A stretch of DNA of 63,991 bases, counting the filler, from Octopus bimaculoides (Eukaryota), in the NCBI RefSeq assembly GCF_001194135.2. It is 8 parts of 7 records of this genome, joined end to end, with 100 filler letters (N's around TTAATTAATTAA, not from the genome) between each part and the next. Parts side by side here need not be neighbours in the genome. Positions count along the whole stretch, not along the records: positions 16,354 to 28,326 come from NC_068994.1; positions 28,427 to 32,302 come from NC_068985.1; positions 32,403 to 35,560 come from NC_068982.1; positions 35,661 to 47,444 come from NC_068993.1; 4 more parts are not named here. One strand, 5' to 3'. Positions 23,910 through 35,703 of this stretch are shown piece after piece (the first letter of the stretch is position 1; each line of letters starts with the position of its first letter). The notes beneath the pieces are model-generated. The model saw only the letters and a list, made by a program, of their open reading frames with translations, made no database searches and was not told the origin of the DNA. The position numbers and the translations under genes are program-made.

Positions 23910-26459
23910 CACATACATAAGTATGTACATTTTCACTAAACTGCACCCGTGTTGGTGGTCCGGCTTAACAGGTTTATTGGTATTTATGCCAAACTCTGAA
24001 TTTTGGGGGTTCTTTTCAGTCATGTACGTATTGTAATGAGTTTCTATTGACTCAATGCTAGGATATGGGACATCAGCACAAATAAGACGCATTTTTTGGG
24101 GCGGTGAATCAGTAACGGTCTTAGAGAAATGTCCAAAGATAAACACACATACAGAAACAAATATATACATGTATATGCGTATGCATAAATGACTATATGT
24201 CTCTCCCTCTCTTCCTCTCTCACACACACTATCTCTACGTCTGTGTATATATATATANNNNNNNNNNNNNNNNNNNNNNNNNNNNNNNNNNNNNNNNNNN
24301 NNNNNNNNNNNNNNNNNNNNNNNNNNNNNNNNNNNNNNNNNNNNNNNNNNNNNNNNNGAGAAATCTGCTGTGAAATATGTCTATAATTAGCAAATGCCAT
24401 AACACCAGTTCCATTGACAATACTATAACCCTTTATATATTTTTGGATGTACTATAATCAGATCCCCTATTTAGCAAGTTCTTATTGAGTAAGTTTACCT
24501 GTGTGCAAGGTTTGGGATCAGATTCCTATTCTAAAGTTAACAGAAAAATCTTTAGTGCTGCTTCCGACTATACCTTCCTTTGCTTAATGCCACTGCTATC
24601 CAGCGGTTACAGATAGAAAAATATTCTCTATGGGAGAATATCTGAATTTTACTTTAGGATTTACATTAAATAAGTGGGACGGCATCAATGAATGTTCAAG
24701 CCTCCCCATACAAGTGAAATTAGTTGAGTTGATTGATGTTCAGTTTGAACATTTATAGAATGGTGACCCTGATAGTCACCAGATAGTCGTAGTTCCGAGA
24801 GGGAAGAACGGGAGGAAGAGAATTTAGTGAGTGTTCAAGAGGATTGAGAGATGGTTAGGATAAGGTGAATGGGTATAGTTCTNNNNNNNNNNNNNNNNNN
24901 NNNNNNNNNNNNNNNNNNNNNNNNNNNNNNNNNNNNNNNNNNNNNNNNNNNNNNNNNNNNNNNNNNNNNNNNNNNNNNNNNNNNNNNNNNNNNNNNNNNN
25001 NNNNNNNNNNNNNNNNNNNNNNNNNNNNNNNNNNNNNNNNNNNNNNNNNTATTCATGACAACAGCGTTGTCCCATGGATGTGAGCAGGAAACTGGTGTGA
25101 GACTTAGTGGTGTATTATAGACAACACTGATCATGACTCTTGCATTTGCTGTCTCTGAGGATGATTTCTATATTATGCGAAGCATTCGAGACGTACATTT
25201 CTAAGGTTTCATCTGAGATACTAAGCCATAGTATTTGTAGCAATTTCAAAAGTTTTAAATGCGTGTTATTTATGATTAGAAAGTACTAAGTACATCACTA
25301 TATTTTTGGTTTGTGTAGTGATTCAGTTTTTCTGTTTATAAAAGAGACAAAGACATCATGTACACTCTGACGGATTCTCTCAAGGTTTCTTTTAATGGAT
25401 TCAGAGTGTCTGGCACGAGTTGATTAAGTTATCTGTTGATGTCAGCTCTAACACTTCTTTTACTGATGGTTTCAAGAGCAAAGGACCCAAATTAATTATT
25501 CAGGGAATCACGTTCCCGGTAAATATGACATTATGAAGGCCGTATCCGTCCTCATTGAGGCAGAACAGAGAGACTCAAAATGAGGAAAATATGATTGTTA
25601 TTCGAATACAGTTGAGATGCAGAAAATGATNNNNNNNNNNNNNNNNNNNNNNNNNNNNNNNNNNNNNNNNNNNNNNNNNNNNNNNNNNNNNNNNNNNNNN
25701 NNNNNNNNNNNNNNNNNNNNNNNNNNNNNNNNNNNNNNNNNNNNNNNNNNNNNNNNNNNNNNNNNNNNNNNNNNNNNNNNNNNNNNNNNNNNNNNNNNNN
25801 NNNNNNNNNNNNNNNNNNNNNNNNNNNNNNNNNNNNNNNNNNNNNNNNNNNNNNNNNNNNNNNNNNNNNNNNNNNNNNNNNNNNNNNNNNNNNNNNNNNN
25901 NNNNNNNNNNNNNNNNNNNNNNNNNNNNNNNNNNNNNNNNNNNNNNNNNNNNNNNNNNNNNNNNNNNNNNNNNNNNNNNNNNNNNNNNNNNNNNNNNNNN
26001 NNNNNNNNAGTGGGTGCAGTGTAGAAATTAAAATTAAATGAATAAAGTATGTGGAGCCTCTGTGTGTCTGTGCTTATGACCAAGGTGTCTTGATTATGGA
26101 GGGGTGAATAGCGGACTCTTAAAGTTTGGAAATTTTCTTTGCAAGTAGTGGTTGTGGTGAGTGACCCGCTCTAGAACAACTAGAAAATCGGCAGATAATG
26201 ATATTCAGTAATCAGCAGGTTTGAGTAAGAAACATAAAACAAAATGTTCATCCTAGTTGTAGTTTATCCCGAAAGTAGCCCTGCTGGAAGGGATCTATCA
26301 TCAGAAGTANNNNNNNNNNNNNNNNNNNNNNNNNNNNNNNNNNNNNNNNNNNNNNNNNNNNNNNNNNNNNNNNNNNNNNNNNNNNNNNNNNNNNNNNNNN
26401 NNNNNNNNNGACATAAATAATTACTACTCTTCTATTTCTCCTAAACTCCTTAATCAAGC

Positions 26460-27548
26460 ACTTCTTCTAGCTAGGAACTTTACTAACCTAACACTACTAG
26501 AAATTAACATAATACTTAATGCCGCAAAACCCTTATATCTTTTGAAGGCAAACTCTGGTGCCGGGCTAATAACCATAGCAATAAACATAGCAACCTTTTC
26601 GATGTAACCATGGGATCTTCTGATTCAGCTCAGGTCACTGACTTAGTTGGACTATATATCCTACACCAGCTCCATATACACTTCCCAAACATCAAGGGAG
26701 GCCTATACAGGGACGACGCTTTATTAGTTACTAAAAGCATAAATAAATCCTCCTTAGAAAGAACTAGAANNNNNNNNNNAGCATAAATAAATCCTCCTTA
26801 GAAAGAACTAGAAAAGATCTACATAAATTCATCTCTACCCTAAACCTATAAATCATATTCGAAAACACTCACAAAACTGTTAACTTTCTTGACGCAACTT
26901 TAAACTTATCAACCTCCCATTACTCCCCTTGCCANNNNNNNNNNNAATACCTTAAATACCTTAACATCCACTCCAACCACCACAAATCCACTTTCGACAA
27001 CATAATCAAGGGCATCTCAAACTGCATATCCGACCTCTCTTCCACTGCAGAAATTTTCAATAATCACGCACCATACTATAATCAAGCACTCGCCTCTAGC
27101 GGATTTTCCCAACAAATAGAATACATAGATAACACCAGGCACAAACAATACATATCTCAAATCTCATCCCAAACACGCACCAAACCATCACAGTCGCAAC
27201 CAACAACACACACTTGTCGATGGAACCCTGGAGGGTCTTACACCTAAGGAACCGAGACCCCATACACATTCATTTATCTCTAGGTCAAAAACGAAAACAA
27301 ACTAAGATAGNNNNNNNNNNATACACATTCATTTATCTCTAGGTCAAAAACGAAAACAAACTAAGATAGCTAGCAACAGCAGGCCTTGCCACACCGATAC
27401 CTTCTCCAAAAATATAGATAGCATTCCTTTATGTAAAAACTTAGATAGCACTACTCCTAGACCCCCTAAAAAATGTGGAGGATGCTCTATTCTGTGGTAC
27501 ACACCCACCATTCTCACTTAATGTTAAGAACTTAGCTAAATCCTCCTT
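26460..27548 (+). mobile_element. Naiad-type PLE RT fragment
   Basis: TMGSSDSAQVTDLVGLYIL, GGLYRDDALL, VNFLDATL, IFNNHAPYYNQALASSGF, ILWYTPPFSLNVK. Confidence 0.9.
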
Positions 27549-28282
27549 NNNNNNNNNNNNNNNNNNNNNNNNNNNNNNNNNNNNNNNNNNNNNNNNNNNN
27601 NNNNNNNNNNNNNNNNNNNNNNNNNNNNNNNNNNNNNNNNNNNNNNNNNNNNNNNNNNNNNNNNNNNNNNNNNNNNNNNNNNNNNNNNNNNNNNNNNNNN
27701 NNNNNNNNNNNNNNNNNNNNNNNNNNNNNNNNNNNNNNNNNNNNNNNNNNNNNNNNNNNNNNNNNNNNNNNNNNNNNNNNNNNNNNNNNNNNNNNNNNNN
27801 NNNNNNNNNNTGGTGTGTTTACGTCTCCATCACTTAGCAGTTCGGCAAAAGAGACCGAAATTATAAGTAATAAGCTTACAACCAATAACTGGAAGGAGTA
27901 AAAGAATAAAAGAATAACAAATATAAACACACCTCAGTTCTGTGTATTTATACGTTTTTCTAAACGGTGCCATTGCGTTGAATCGAATTTAATTACACCT
28001 CGAAATTTCATAAATTTTAGTAGAAGAATATTAAAATATAATCACCATCCCTGGATTAAAGCGTCCACCAAGTAATTCCGACAGAATACGTTAATATATG
28101 AAAATACTTATAACTGTTCAGTGCAAAATATCGATATCTCACATTGATTTGTGATGTTATTAATTTTAATCATTTACATAATGTTCATGAGGACGACAGA
28201 AATAATATTACATTCTCCTTCCTCATATGCATATTTTTGTTTATAATAAAAACCGTGATAGATTAAGAGGTCTATGAACACA

Positions 28283-28326
<44 letters not shown>

Positions 28327-28426
28327 NNNNNNNNNNNNNNNNNNNNNNNNNNNNNNNNNNNNNNNNNNNNTTAATTAATTAANNNNNNNNNNNNNNNNNN
28401 NNNNNNNNNNNNNNNNNNNNNNNNNN

Positions 28427-28800
28427 TATATATATATGGTGAAGTATATTTGCGACCTAAATGTGGCTAAACATCTCCTCCAGATGTCTTCCTGGGGCTA
28501 CAAGATACTGCAGCATCGACCCTTAAGGGTTAACCACATTTAGGTCGCAAATATACTTCACGATGTCGTCCTGCTACTTTTTATACCTCGCTGAGAGATT
28601 TATTATTGCTTATATATATTTATATAGTAAATCCTTAAAAATGAAGAACAAACACAAAAAAAAACAACGCTCTTCTTCGGAAATAGAGGAAAGTCCAATA
28701 GAAAAGAACACGGAGAAAGAAAATCGCCAACGATTCATGAGCGGTTACGTTTTGAAATGACCAGAAGGGAATGGGTGAAGAAAAAGTTCTTTATAAGACG
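28427..28800 (-). mobile_element. Probable PLE pLTR terminus with 28-bp perfect inverted repeat (28439-28466 / 28534-28561)
   Basis: GTGAAGTATATTTGCGACCTAAATGTGG and its exact reverse complement; ends CTTCACCA|TATATA on the minus strand. Confidence 0.5.
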
Positions 28801-28814
28801 AGAGAGGAGGTATG

Positions 28815-29830
28815 TGTGGGTATGTGCGCGCGTGCAAGTCTGTGTATGTGTGTGTGTGTGTGGAAAAAAAGCACGTGTGTGTGTGCGTATGCGTGTGTAT
28901 TTGCTCTGTGTGTGGTGTGTGTATTTTTGTCCGTTTATATTAGCATGTGTGAGTGAACTTTGTGTCGCTTAATGTGGTAGGAAGAATTCAGTAGCATGGT
29001 AAGAGCATTGGCAGTCTTTTGTGTAGTTGTGTGTTGCCTCACATGTGCGTAGAGGAATGGTCAGTAGAAAGTTGTGTATGTGCGTGTATGCGTGTGGAGT
29101 ATATGTGCGTCACTGTTGTGTGTTTGCGTGTGCGTGCGTGTGCGTGCGTGCATGTGTGTGCATGTTTGTGCGTGTGTGTATATGACAATGTATGTGTAAA
29201 TGTGTGCGTGCATGTATGAGCGTGTGTTGTGTGCGGGGGAAGTATGTGTGCGTTCATATGCGTGTGCGTGTGTGTATGTGTGTGCGTATGCATATGTATG
29301 TGTGCGTGTGTGTGCGTGCGACTGTATGTGCGTGTGCGTATGTATGTGTGTATGTGAACGAGGGATTGTGTGTGTAGGTATATGTGCATTTTTGTGCGTT
29401 TTGTGAGTGTATGCGCGTGCGGAGGTGTGCGGGTGTGTGTGCATGTGCGTATAGTTTTTGTGTACCTGTGTGCGTGTATGTGTGCGTGTGTGTGTATGTA
29501 GCTGTGTGTATGTAGTTGTGTGCAAGTGAGCGTACATGTGTGTGTGTGTGCGTGGGTTTGTAAGTGCATGAGTACATGTGCGTGTATGTGTATGCGTGTG
29601 TATATGTGCGTGTCGGTGTGCGTCTGTCCACATGTGTGTGTGTGTGCCTATGTATAAGCGTATGTGAACGTGGAATTGTGTGTGCATGTGAGTGTATGAT
29701 CATGTGAGTGAGCGTGTGCGTGGGATTGTGTTATGAGGAGGTATACGTGTGTTCCTGTGTGCGTGCGTATGTGTGACCGTGTATGCACGTTCCTGCGTGT
29801 GTATGTGCATGTATATGTGTGCGTGTATAT
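28815..29830. repeat. About 1-kb cryptic (TG/CG/TA) purine-pyrimidine alternating simple repeat
   Basis: Read directly; it explains the His/Thr/Cys/Val pseudo-ORFs. Confidence 0.9.
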
Positions 29831-30129
29831 AAAAATATAATATAATAAAATAAGAATATACGGGGAAAAGAAAAAGTGTACAAAATGTTAAAAAAATTAC
29901 AAATATTAGCAAATGCAAGATAAAAAATAAAAATAAAATAATAAAAATTAAAGAGATAAAATATAAACTAATATCATTATAAAAAATAACGCAGTTAAGT
30001 TAAACAATACAACGGAGAGAAAATGATAAAAAACCGAGAAGGAATAACAGTGTATAAAAGTCAGTGGGTCTAAGGGAGGAAAAATAAGATGAACTAAAAT
30101 GAAATAGAATAAAATAAAATAAAAAGTTG

Positions 30130-31330
30130 CTTCTTTTCAAAGAGTTTGTAGCGACAGTCATTAAGAGGAGGGGTTCCGAAAGGAATATGTGCTTGTATAC
30201 TGAAAATGTAACGCTGTTCCAGGCTGAGTCGCGAGTGATGGATCCGTGGTGCAGGGCGAGGTCAAAGACGGAGATTTTAGAGGGGAAGTGGTTGGCCAAG
30301 CGGAAATGACGAGCGACGGGGGTGTTTGTGCGTAGCCGAACATTTCTTAGATGTTCGGTGAACCGGCCGGCCAGCTGGCGACCCGTCTGACCTACGTAGA
30401 GATAATTACAAAGATTACATCCAATTCAAATTAGATAAGGCTTGGAGAAGTGCAGGAGAAGTTTCTTATGTGGAGAGTGTGCTGGTTGAAACCAGTGAGG
30501 CAGGTGGTGTTGGTAATGAAAGAGCAGGTGTGACAGCGGGATCTAGAGCAAGGGAAAGTTTCGGGTAGGGTTTGGGGGAAGAAGAGAATGTGCTATGGAC
30601 TAGTCGGTCGCGTAGGATTCAGGCGCGTTTAAAAGAGGACAAGATTGGGTTGGGGAAAATGGAGTGGGTGGTAGGATATAGCAGTAGACGACGGAAGTCC
30701 CGTAGGATCCTTCGACGAAAGCGTAGTGTGCAGGGGTGGAAAAGGATAGGAAAGAGGATCAGTTTAGGGATTCGTGTGGTGTGATCGATTCAACTAGCGC
30801 GGGCAAGGGTGGTTTTGGAAAAGGGTTGAGAGGTATCCTCGATTAGTGAACAGGTGGGCAAGGTACTGGGACTGGGTCTCGAAATCCTGATCCCGGTTGC
30901 ACAAGCACCGTAGGAGGAGGAACTGGGATTAGGGTATGGCCCGTTTGGTGTGGGAGAGATGGTAGGAGGAGAAGATGAGGTAGAGGTGGAATCTGTGGGT
31001 TTGAAGAAGGCGGAGGTGGTAAGGAAGTCAGAAGGGAGGTTAATAGTAAGAGAGATAACTAGGAAGTTAACCGAGCTGTTAGAGATGGTAGAGCTAAATT
31101 GGCGAGAAGGGTGAAAGTTAGAGAAGAAAGAGATGAAGTGGCAGAGTTGTTCGCGGGAGAGAGAGGTGGCGCCTATACAGTCGTCTATGTTGCGACCATG
31201 TAGTTCTGGGGTCGGCCCGGAGAATTGGGAGAATACTTGGGCCTCAATGTGGCCAACAAATAGGTTGGCTAAATTAGGACCCATTCTCATTCCCATAGCG
31301 TCCCCAGAAAATGTTGGCAGGTCTCCCCGG
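30130..31330 (-). mobile_element. Penelope/Poseidon-type PLE: RT core to GIY-YIG, 5'-truncated and decayed
   Basis: MGMRMGPNLANLFVG, RNIDDCIG, VNFLVI, FFKPTDS, a PCSRSRCHTC linker, and an EN region homologous to 59.3-59.7 kb. Confidence 0.88.
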
Positions 31331-31744
31331 CGAAAGTAAAGCAGCTGAGGGTAAGGACGAGCTCTGCCAGACGAAGAAGGGTGGAGGTGTAGGGTATGGT
31401 GTCAGAGTGACATTATATATACATATGAGAAGGAGAGAGAAAAATATAATGAAAGTAGTATTAGCAATTCTCCGAAGGTTACTGTACTGCATGTTCGAAG
31501 ATATTGAAATTTATTTCCTGCCACCTTAAATTTAAACTTCACTGGAGTTAACTTAATCGTTCATTCTATCACTCCACAATATAGTACCAGTAACACACAG
31601 CGAACATTTATATTACTTCTTCTAACAATACAAAAATGCGCACGGTTCCCGTGGAAGGATCCGAATCTAATTTCACATGCAACCGTTAAATATATACAAG
31701 GAAAATATCAGTTTTGAAAATATTGATATCAAATTTGGTACAAA

Positions 31745-31933
31745 GTCAGAAAGTTCGAGGCAGGAGTAAATCAATTGCATCGCCCCTACTGCTTAATTGG
31801 TACTCATTTTATCGACCCCAAAAGTATGAATGGCAAGTTGACTTCGGTGGTATTTTAACTCAGAACATAAAGAGGAACGAGAGGCCGCTAAGCATTTTGC
31901 CCGGCTTGCTAGCGATTCTACCATCTAGCCGCC
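31745..31933 (-). mobile_element. tRNA-derived SINE (GGCGGCGAGCTGGCAG family), diverged
   Basis: Homology to 23015-23242. Confidence 0.8.
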
Positions 31934-32472
31934 TTAAGTGTAGAAAATATTCCTACATTAAAACTAAGGTTGAAGGAATTACAAACCTTCTTGCATATGG
32001 ACGTAATGACAGAAAATATAAAAGCAAACCAATTATTTGTATTGACCATCCTTATTTTTACGGTACTAGCATTCGCCTTTCTGTGTCATTTTTCTCGAAA
32101 TGTCCCTGGAAAATTTGTTCGTATCAAAAAATACACTGAGGAATTATTAAGACATATATCTCACGAAGAACAAGAAGAAATTATTGAAAACTAAATCATC
32201 TTGCTATTTACTACATATATCGGTAAACATTATAGATGATACATAACCACAAAATATAAAAATACATACATGAATACACACACACACACACACACACACA
32301 CANNNNNNNNNNNNNNNNNNNNNNNNNNNNNNNNNNNNNNNNNNNNTTAATTAATTAANNNNNNNNNNNNNNNNNNNNNNNNNNNNNNNNNNNNNNNNNN
32401 NNTATATGTATGTGTGTGTGTGTGTGTCAGTTGTCAAGCAATGCTAGGGGGACAAACACACAAACGCACACA

Positions 32473-32550
<78 letters not shown>

Positions 32551-32555
<5 letters not shown>

Positions 32556-32720
32556 TTGTCCCCCTAGCATTGCTTGACAACTGATGCTGGTGTGTTTATG
32601 TCCCCGTCACTTAGCGGTTCGGCAAAAGAGACCGATAGAATAAGTACTAGGCTTACAAAGAATAAGTCCCGGTGCTCTAGCATGGCTGCAGTCAAATGAC
32701 TGAAACAAGTAAAAGAGTAA
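32551..32720 (+). mobile_element. 3' body of the microsatellite-containing SINE
   Basis: GTTTGTCCCCC...TTAGCGGTTCGGCAAAAGAGACCGATAGAATAAGTACTAGG...GAAACAAGTAAAAGAGT. Similar bodies lie at about 27810-27900, 37040-37225, 39540-39910 and 49380-49570. Confidence 0.85.
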
Positions 32721-33902
32721 AAGAGAGAGAGCATTGAAAACTGTATAAATAATTATCGCATGAGTTTCATGATGATTTCCTAGTTTCCCAATATTCTTCT
32801 CAGTATATTAACATTGCTATTATTTTTCGTTCTATGTAACGCAATATACTGGTAATATGTTACATTTAAATCCGCTTACATTTTTATTCTCTCTCTCACC
32901 TTAAAATATATATATTCTTCTATTAACTAGGAAACAAGGTAAAGGTGTGACAAACGCCGCTTCCTCTCATTTTCCTTTTGTTTCTTCCGTTGTCATGTAT
33001 TCATTTGATAATATTCCACTTCCACTGTCACGGTTGCGTGACAATACATAAATATACAGTGCTAATTATTAAATACGTTTGCTTCGTCTTGTGTTTGCCT
33101 AATTTGCATAGTTTTAGAGTTTAATGTTGCTCAGCATCTAGATTTGCTTTTTAATTCCATTTTTTGCTGTTTCTATGTCATATGCTTTTAAGAACCACTC
33201 CTCTCACTCCGCTTTTACAAAATTTTACCAGTTTTCACCTACACAAATCTAAGCTTGCTTGATATTAAAAAAAGATCAGGTTCTTTTCCTTTTGTTTTGT
33301 CATTTAATGACAAAATCACATAAAATTCCCTTGCATCATCTCGATAATTGCTTTGGCGTTATTGGGATGACATACGTAAGTGTCAACTATTTTGTTTTCA
33401 CTTAATTTTCGCTAATTTCTCAATTTTCTAAATTTAATATGCCAATATTTTCCACTTTCTATAAGTTTATTACGATTAAAACATTTTTATTGTCACTGGA
33501 AGAAACAACATCACTCGCGAGCTTTTCTCCCAGTTTTATGCGTATGTGTTATACACAGAGACAAAACACAAACGTATATACACAAACACCGACATCTTCC
33601 ACACTCATACACACGTACACATACACGTAAACAAATACATGTCATCCCTAGATCTGATATCGCGCAAGTCCCTTCAAAGACCAGCCAGAAAGTGGGGCAC
33701 CAACAGCTTTCTGCCCAATCACGTGGAAATTCTCCTTCTTAATATATCTGGTGTCACTTGAATTTCAGTTCCACTTCTAATAACACAATGTGACCTGCCT
33801 TGTATTCCAGTTTCCGTTAATCACCTTGGACTTTCTGTGCCTACATGCAGCACGAGAATCTAGGTTTCTATGAGGATCCTACGAAGCATTAAGATGCATG
33901 GT

Positions 33903-34202
33903 ATTATTTATTTATGCGCCCTTTTTAAAGCCTAGCTAGACTCATGGGCCCGGTTTCCCGGTCTCTATGGCATATGTGTTCCCCCCAGCTGGACGGCACG
34001 CCAGTCCATCGCAGCGTTACTCAAGAAACAGGAAGAATGAGTGAGAGAAAGTTGGGGCGAAAGAATACAATAGGGGTCGTCACCACTCCTGCCGGAGCCT
34101 CGTGGAGCATTAAGTGTTTTCGGTCAATAAACACACACAACAGCCGGTCTGGGAATCGAAACCACGAGTCCGCTGCCCTAACCAATGGGCCATTGCGCCT
34201 CC
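33903..34202 (-). mobile_element. tRNA-derived SINE (GGAGGCGCAATGGCCCAGTGG family) with 12-bp TSD
   Basis: A/B boxes; AAGATGCATGGT at both 33891-33902 and 34205-34216. Confidence 0.9.
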
Positions 34203-34219
34203 AGAAGATGCATGGTGCA

Positions 34220-34723
34220 AACTACAAAATATTGCCCCAAAAAGAAGTGGAGAAATTGACAAGTACATTTGTCAAGTATGCAAAATAATGGGGCATGCAG
34301 GTAAAAGCAAAACCAGTAATAATTGGAGCATTGAGCATGATAAAAACAATATGAACAAAAGCTATACTGAGACCTTCAATACGACACACTATCCAAAGAA
34401 TAGCTCTGCTAGGGACGGTCCACATCGTATGCAAGTCACTATTAATTCAATAATACAACACAAGTAAAACAATCCACAAACACAAGACAGACTCTACATA
34501 GCATAGCGAATATACAATAAAATAAGCCCCCACTAGCAGGCCGCTAATCCAACAAAAGACTGTGACCAGACACCATAACAAAACAAACTAACGCAACAAA
34601 ATAACGGGAAGAGTTTGCGCTCCGTCAACAACAGGGATAAAACATAATGCTGCACACGCCTCCGCAACACGGAGATGTAGCAGGGGATGCAGTAGAAATT
34701 TGCCTGAAACTACCAAATTTTTG
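34220..34723 (+). mobile_element. R4/Dong-clade LINE 3' end (RLE C-terminus plus 3' UTR) followed by (AAT)n
   Basis: KEVEKL...WGMQVKAKPVIIGAL...IQRIALLGTVHIVCKSL. Confidence 0.8.
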
Positions 34724-34797
<74 letters not shown>

Positions 34798-34855
34798 TCA
34801 CNNNNNNNNNNATAACAATAATAATAATAATAATAAAAATAATAATAATAATAAC

Positions 34856-34925
<70 letters not shown>

Positions 34926-34929
<4 letters not shown>

Positions 34930-35483
34930 CCCTGATGCAGTATTAACTATTGGCTCTCATGGCTTCTTATCTAAACTGACTGGAAGTGTTATCATGTACG
35001 TTGTTTTGTCTTGGTATAAAAGATGGGCTTCAGCAAATATTCTGCTCAATACCACAGATTCGCTTGTCAATTGCTTGACCTAAACCCATTGAGCATATCG
35101 CTTGATGGCTGACGATATGTGCATCCCTGATCATGAGCAGGGGTAGTGGGAAAGCATCATAGCCATGTGTTGAAAGAAATTCTTTGGGGTTTGAATAATT
35201 CACCGCTGGAAACATGGGTGTTTCATTCATCAGACTTAAACAACCCTTATCCAGGGACTTTTTGATTGGGAAGGGCTACCCGATCTGAAAACAATTCTAC
35301 CAGGGTACCACCTGCAAGTTCATGCTATTTCTATCTTGATATGAGATTACTATGTCATGCGCATATGGTTGTGATGCATATGCTTGGTGTATCCTTATCA
35401 GATTGGTAGTCATGATGGGCATATTGGGCTTCGTATATTTGAACCCTAGTTTTAATTTGATGGTGTGCACTGCTCTCTCACTC
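34926..35483. mobile_element. About 560-bp non-coding interspersed repeat embedded in (AAT)n on both sides
   Basis: (AAT)n tracts at 34724-34925 and 35484-35560; no ORF or tRNA head is visible. Confidence 0.6.
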
Positions 35484-35560
<77 letters not shown>

Positions 35561-35660
35561 NNNNNNNNNNNNNNNNNNNNNNNNNNNNNNNNNNNNNNNN
35601 NNNNTTAATTAATTAANNNNNNNNNNNNNNNNNNNNNNNNNNNNNNNNNNNNNNNNNNNN

Positions 35661-35703
<43 letters not shown>

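Larger units (their letters stand above)
22160..26310 (-). mobile_element. CR1-group LINE ORF2 (EN plus RT), fragmented by gaps and nested insertions
   Basis: NQHGFRCGRVCLTQLLHHIDDML, SDVIHLDFSKAF and an NYRAISLTSHII-like stretch at about 22400-22440; weak EN remnants at about 25100-25230. Confidence 0.7.
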
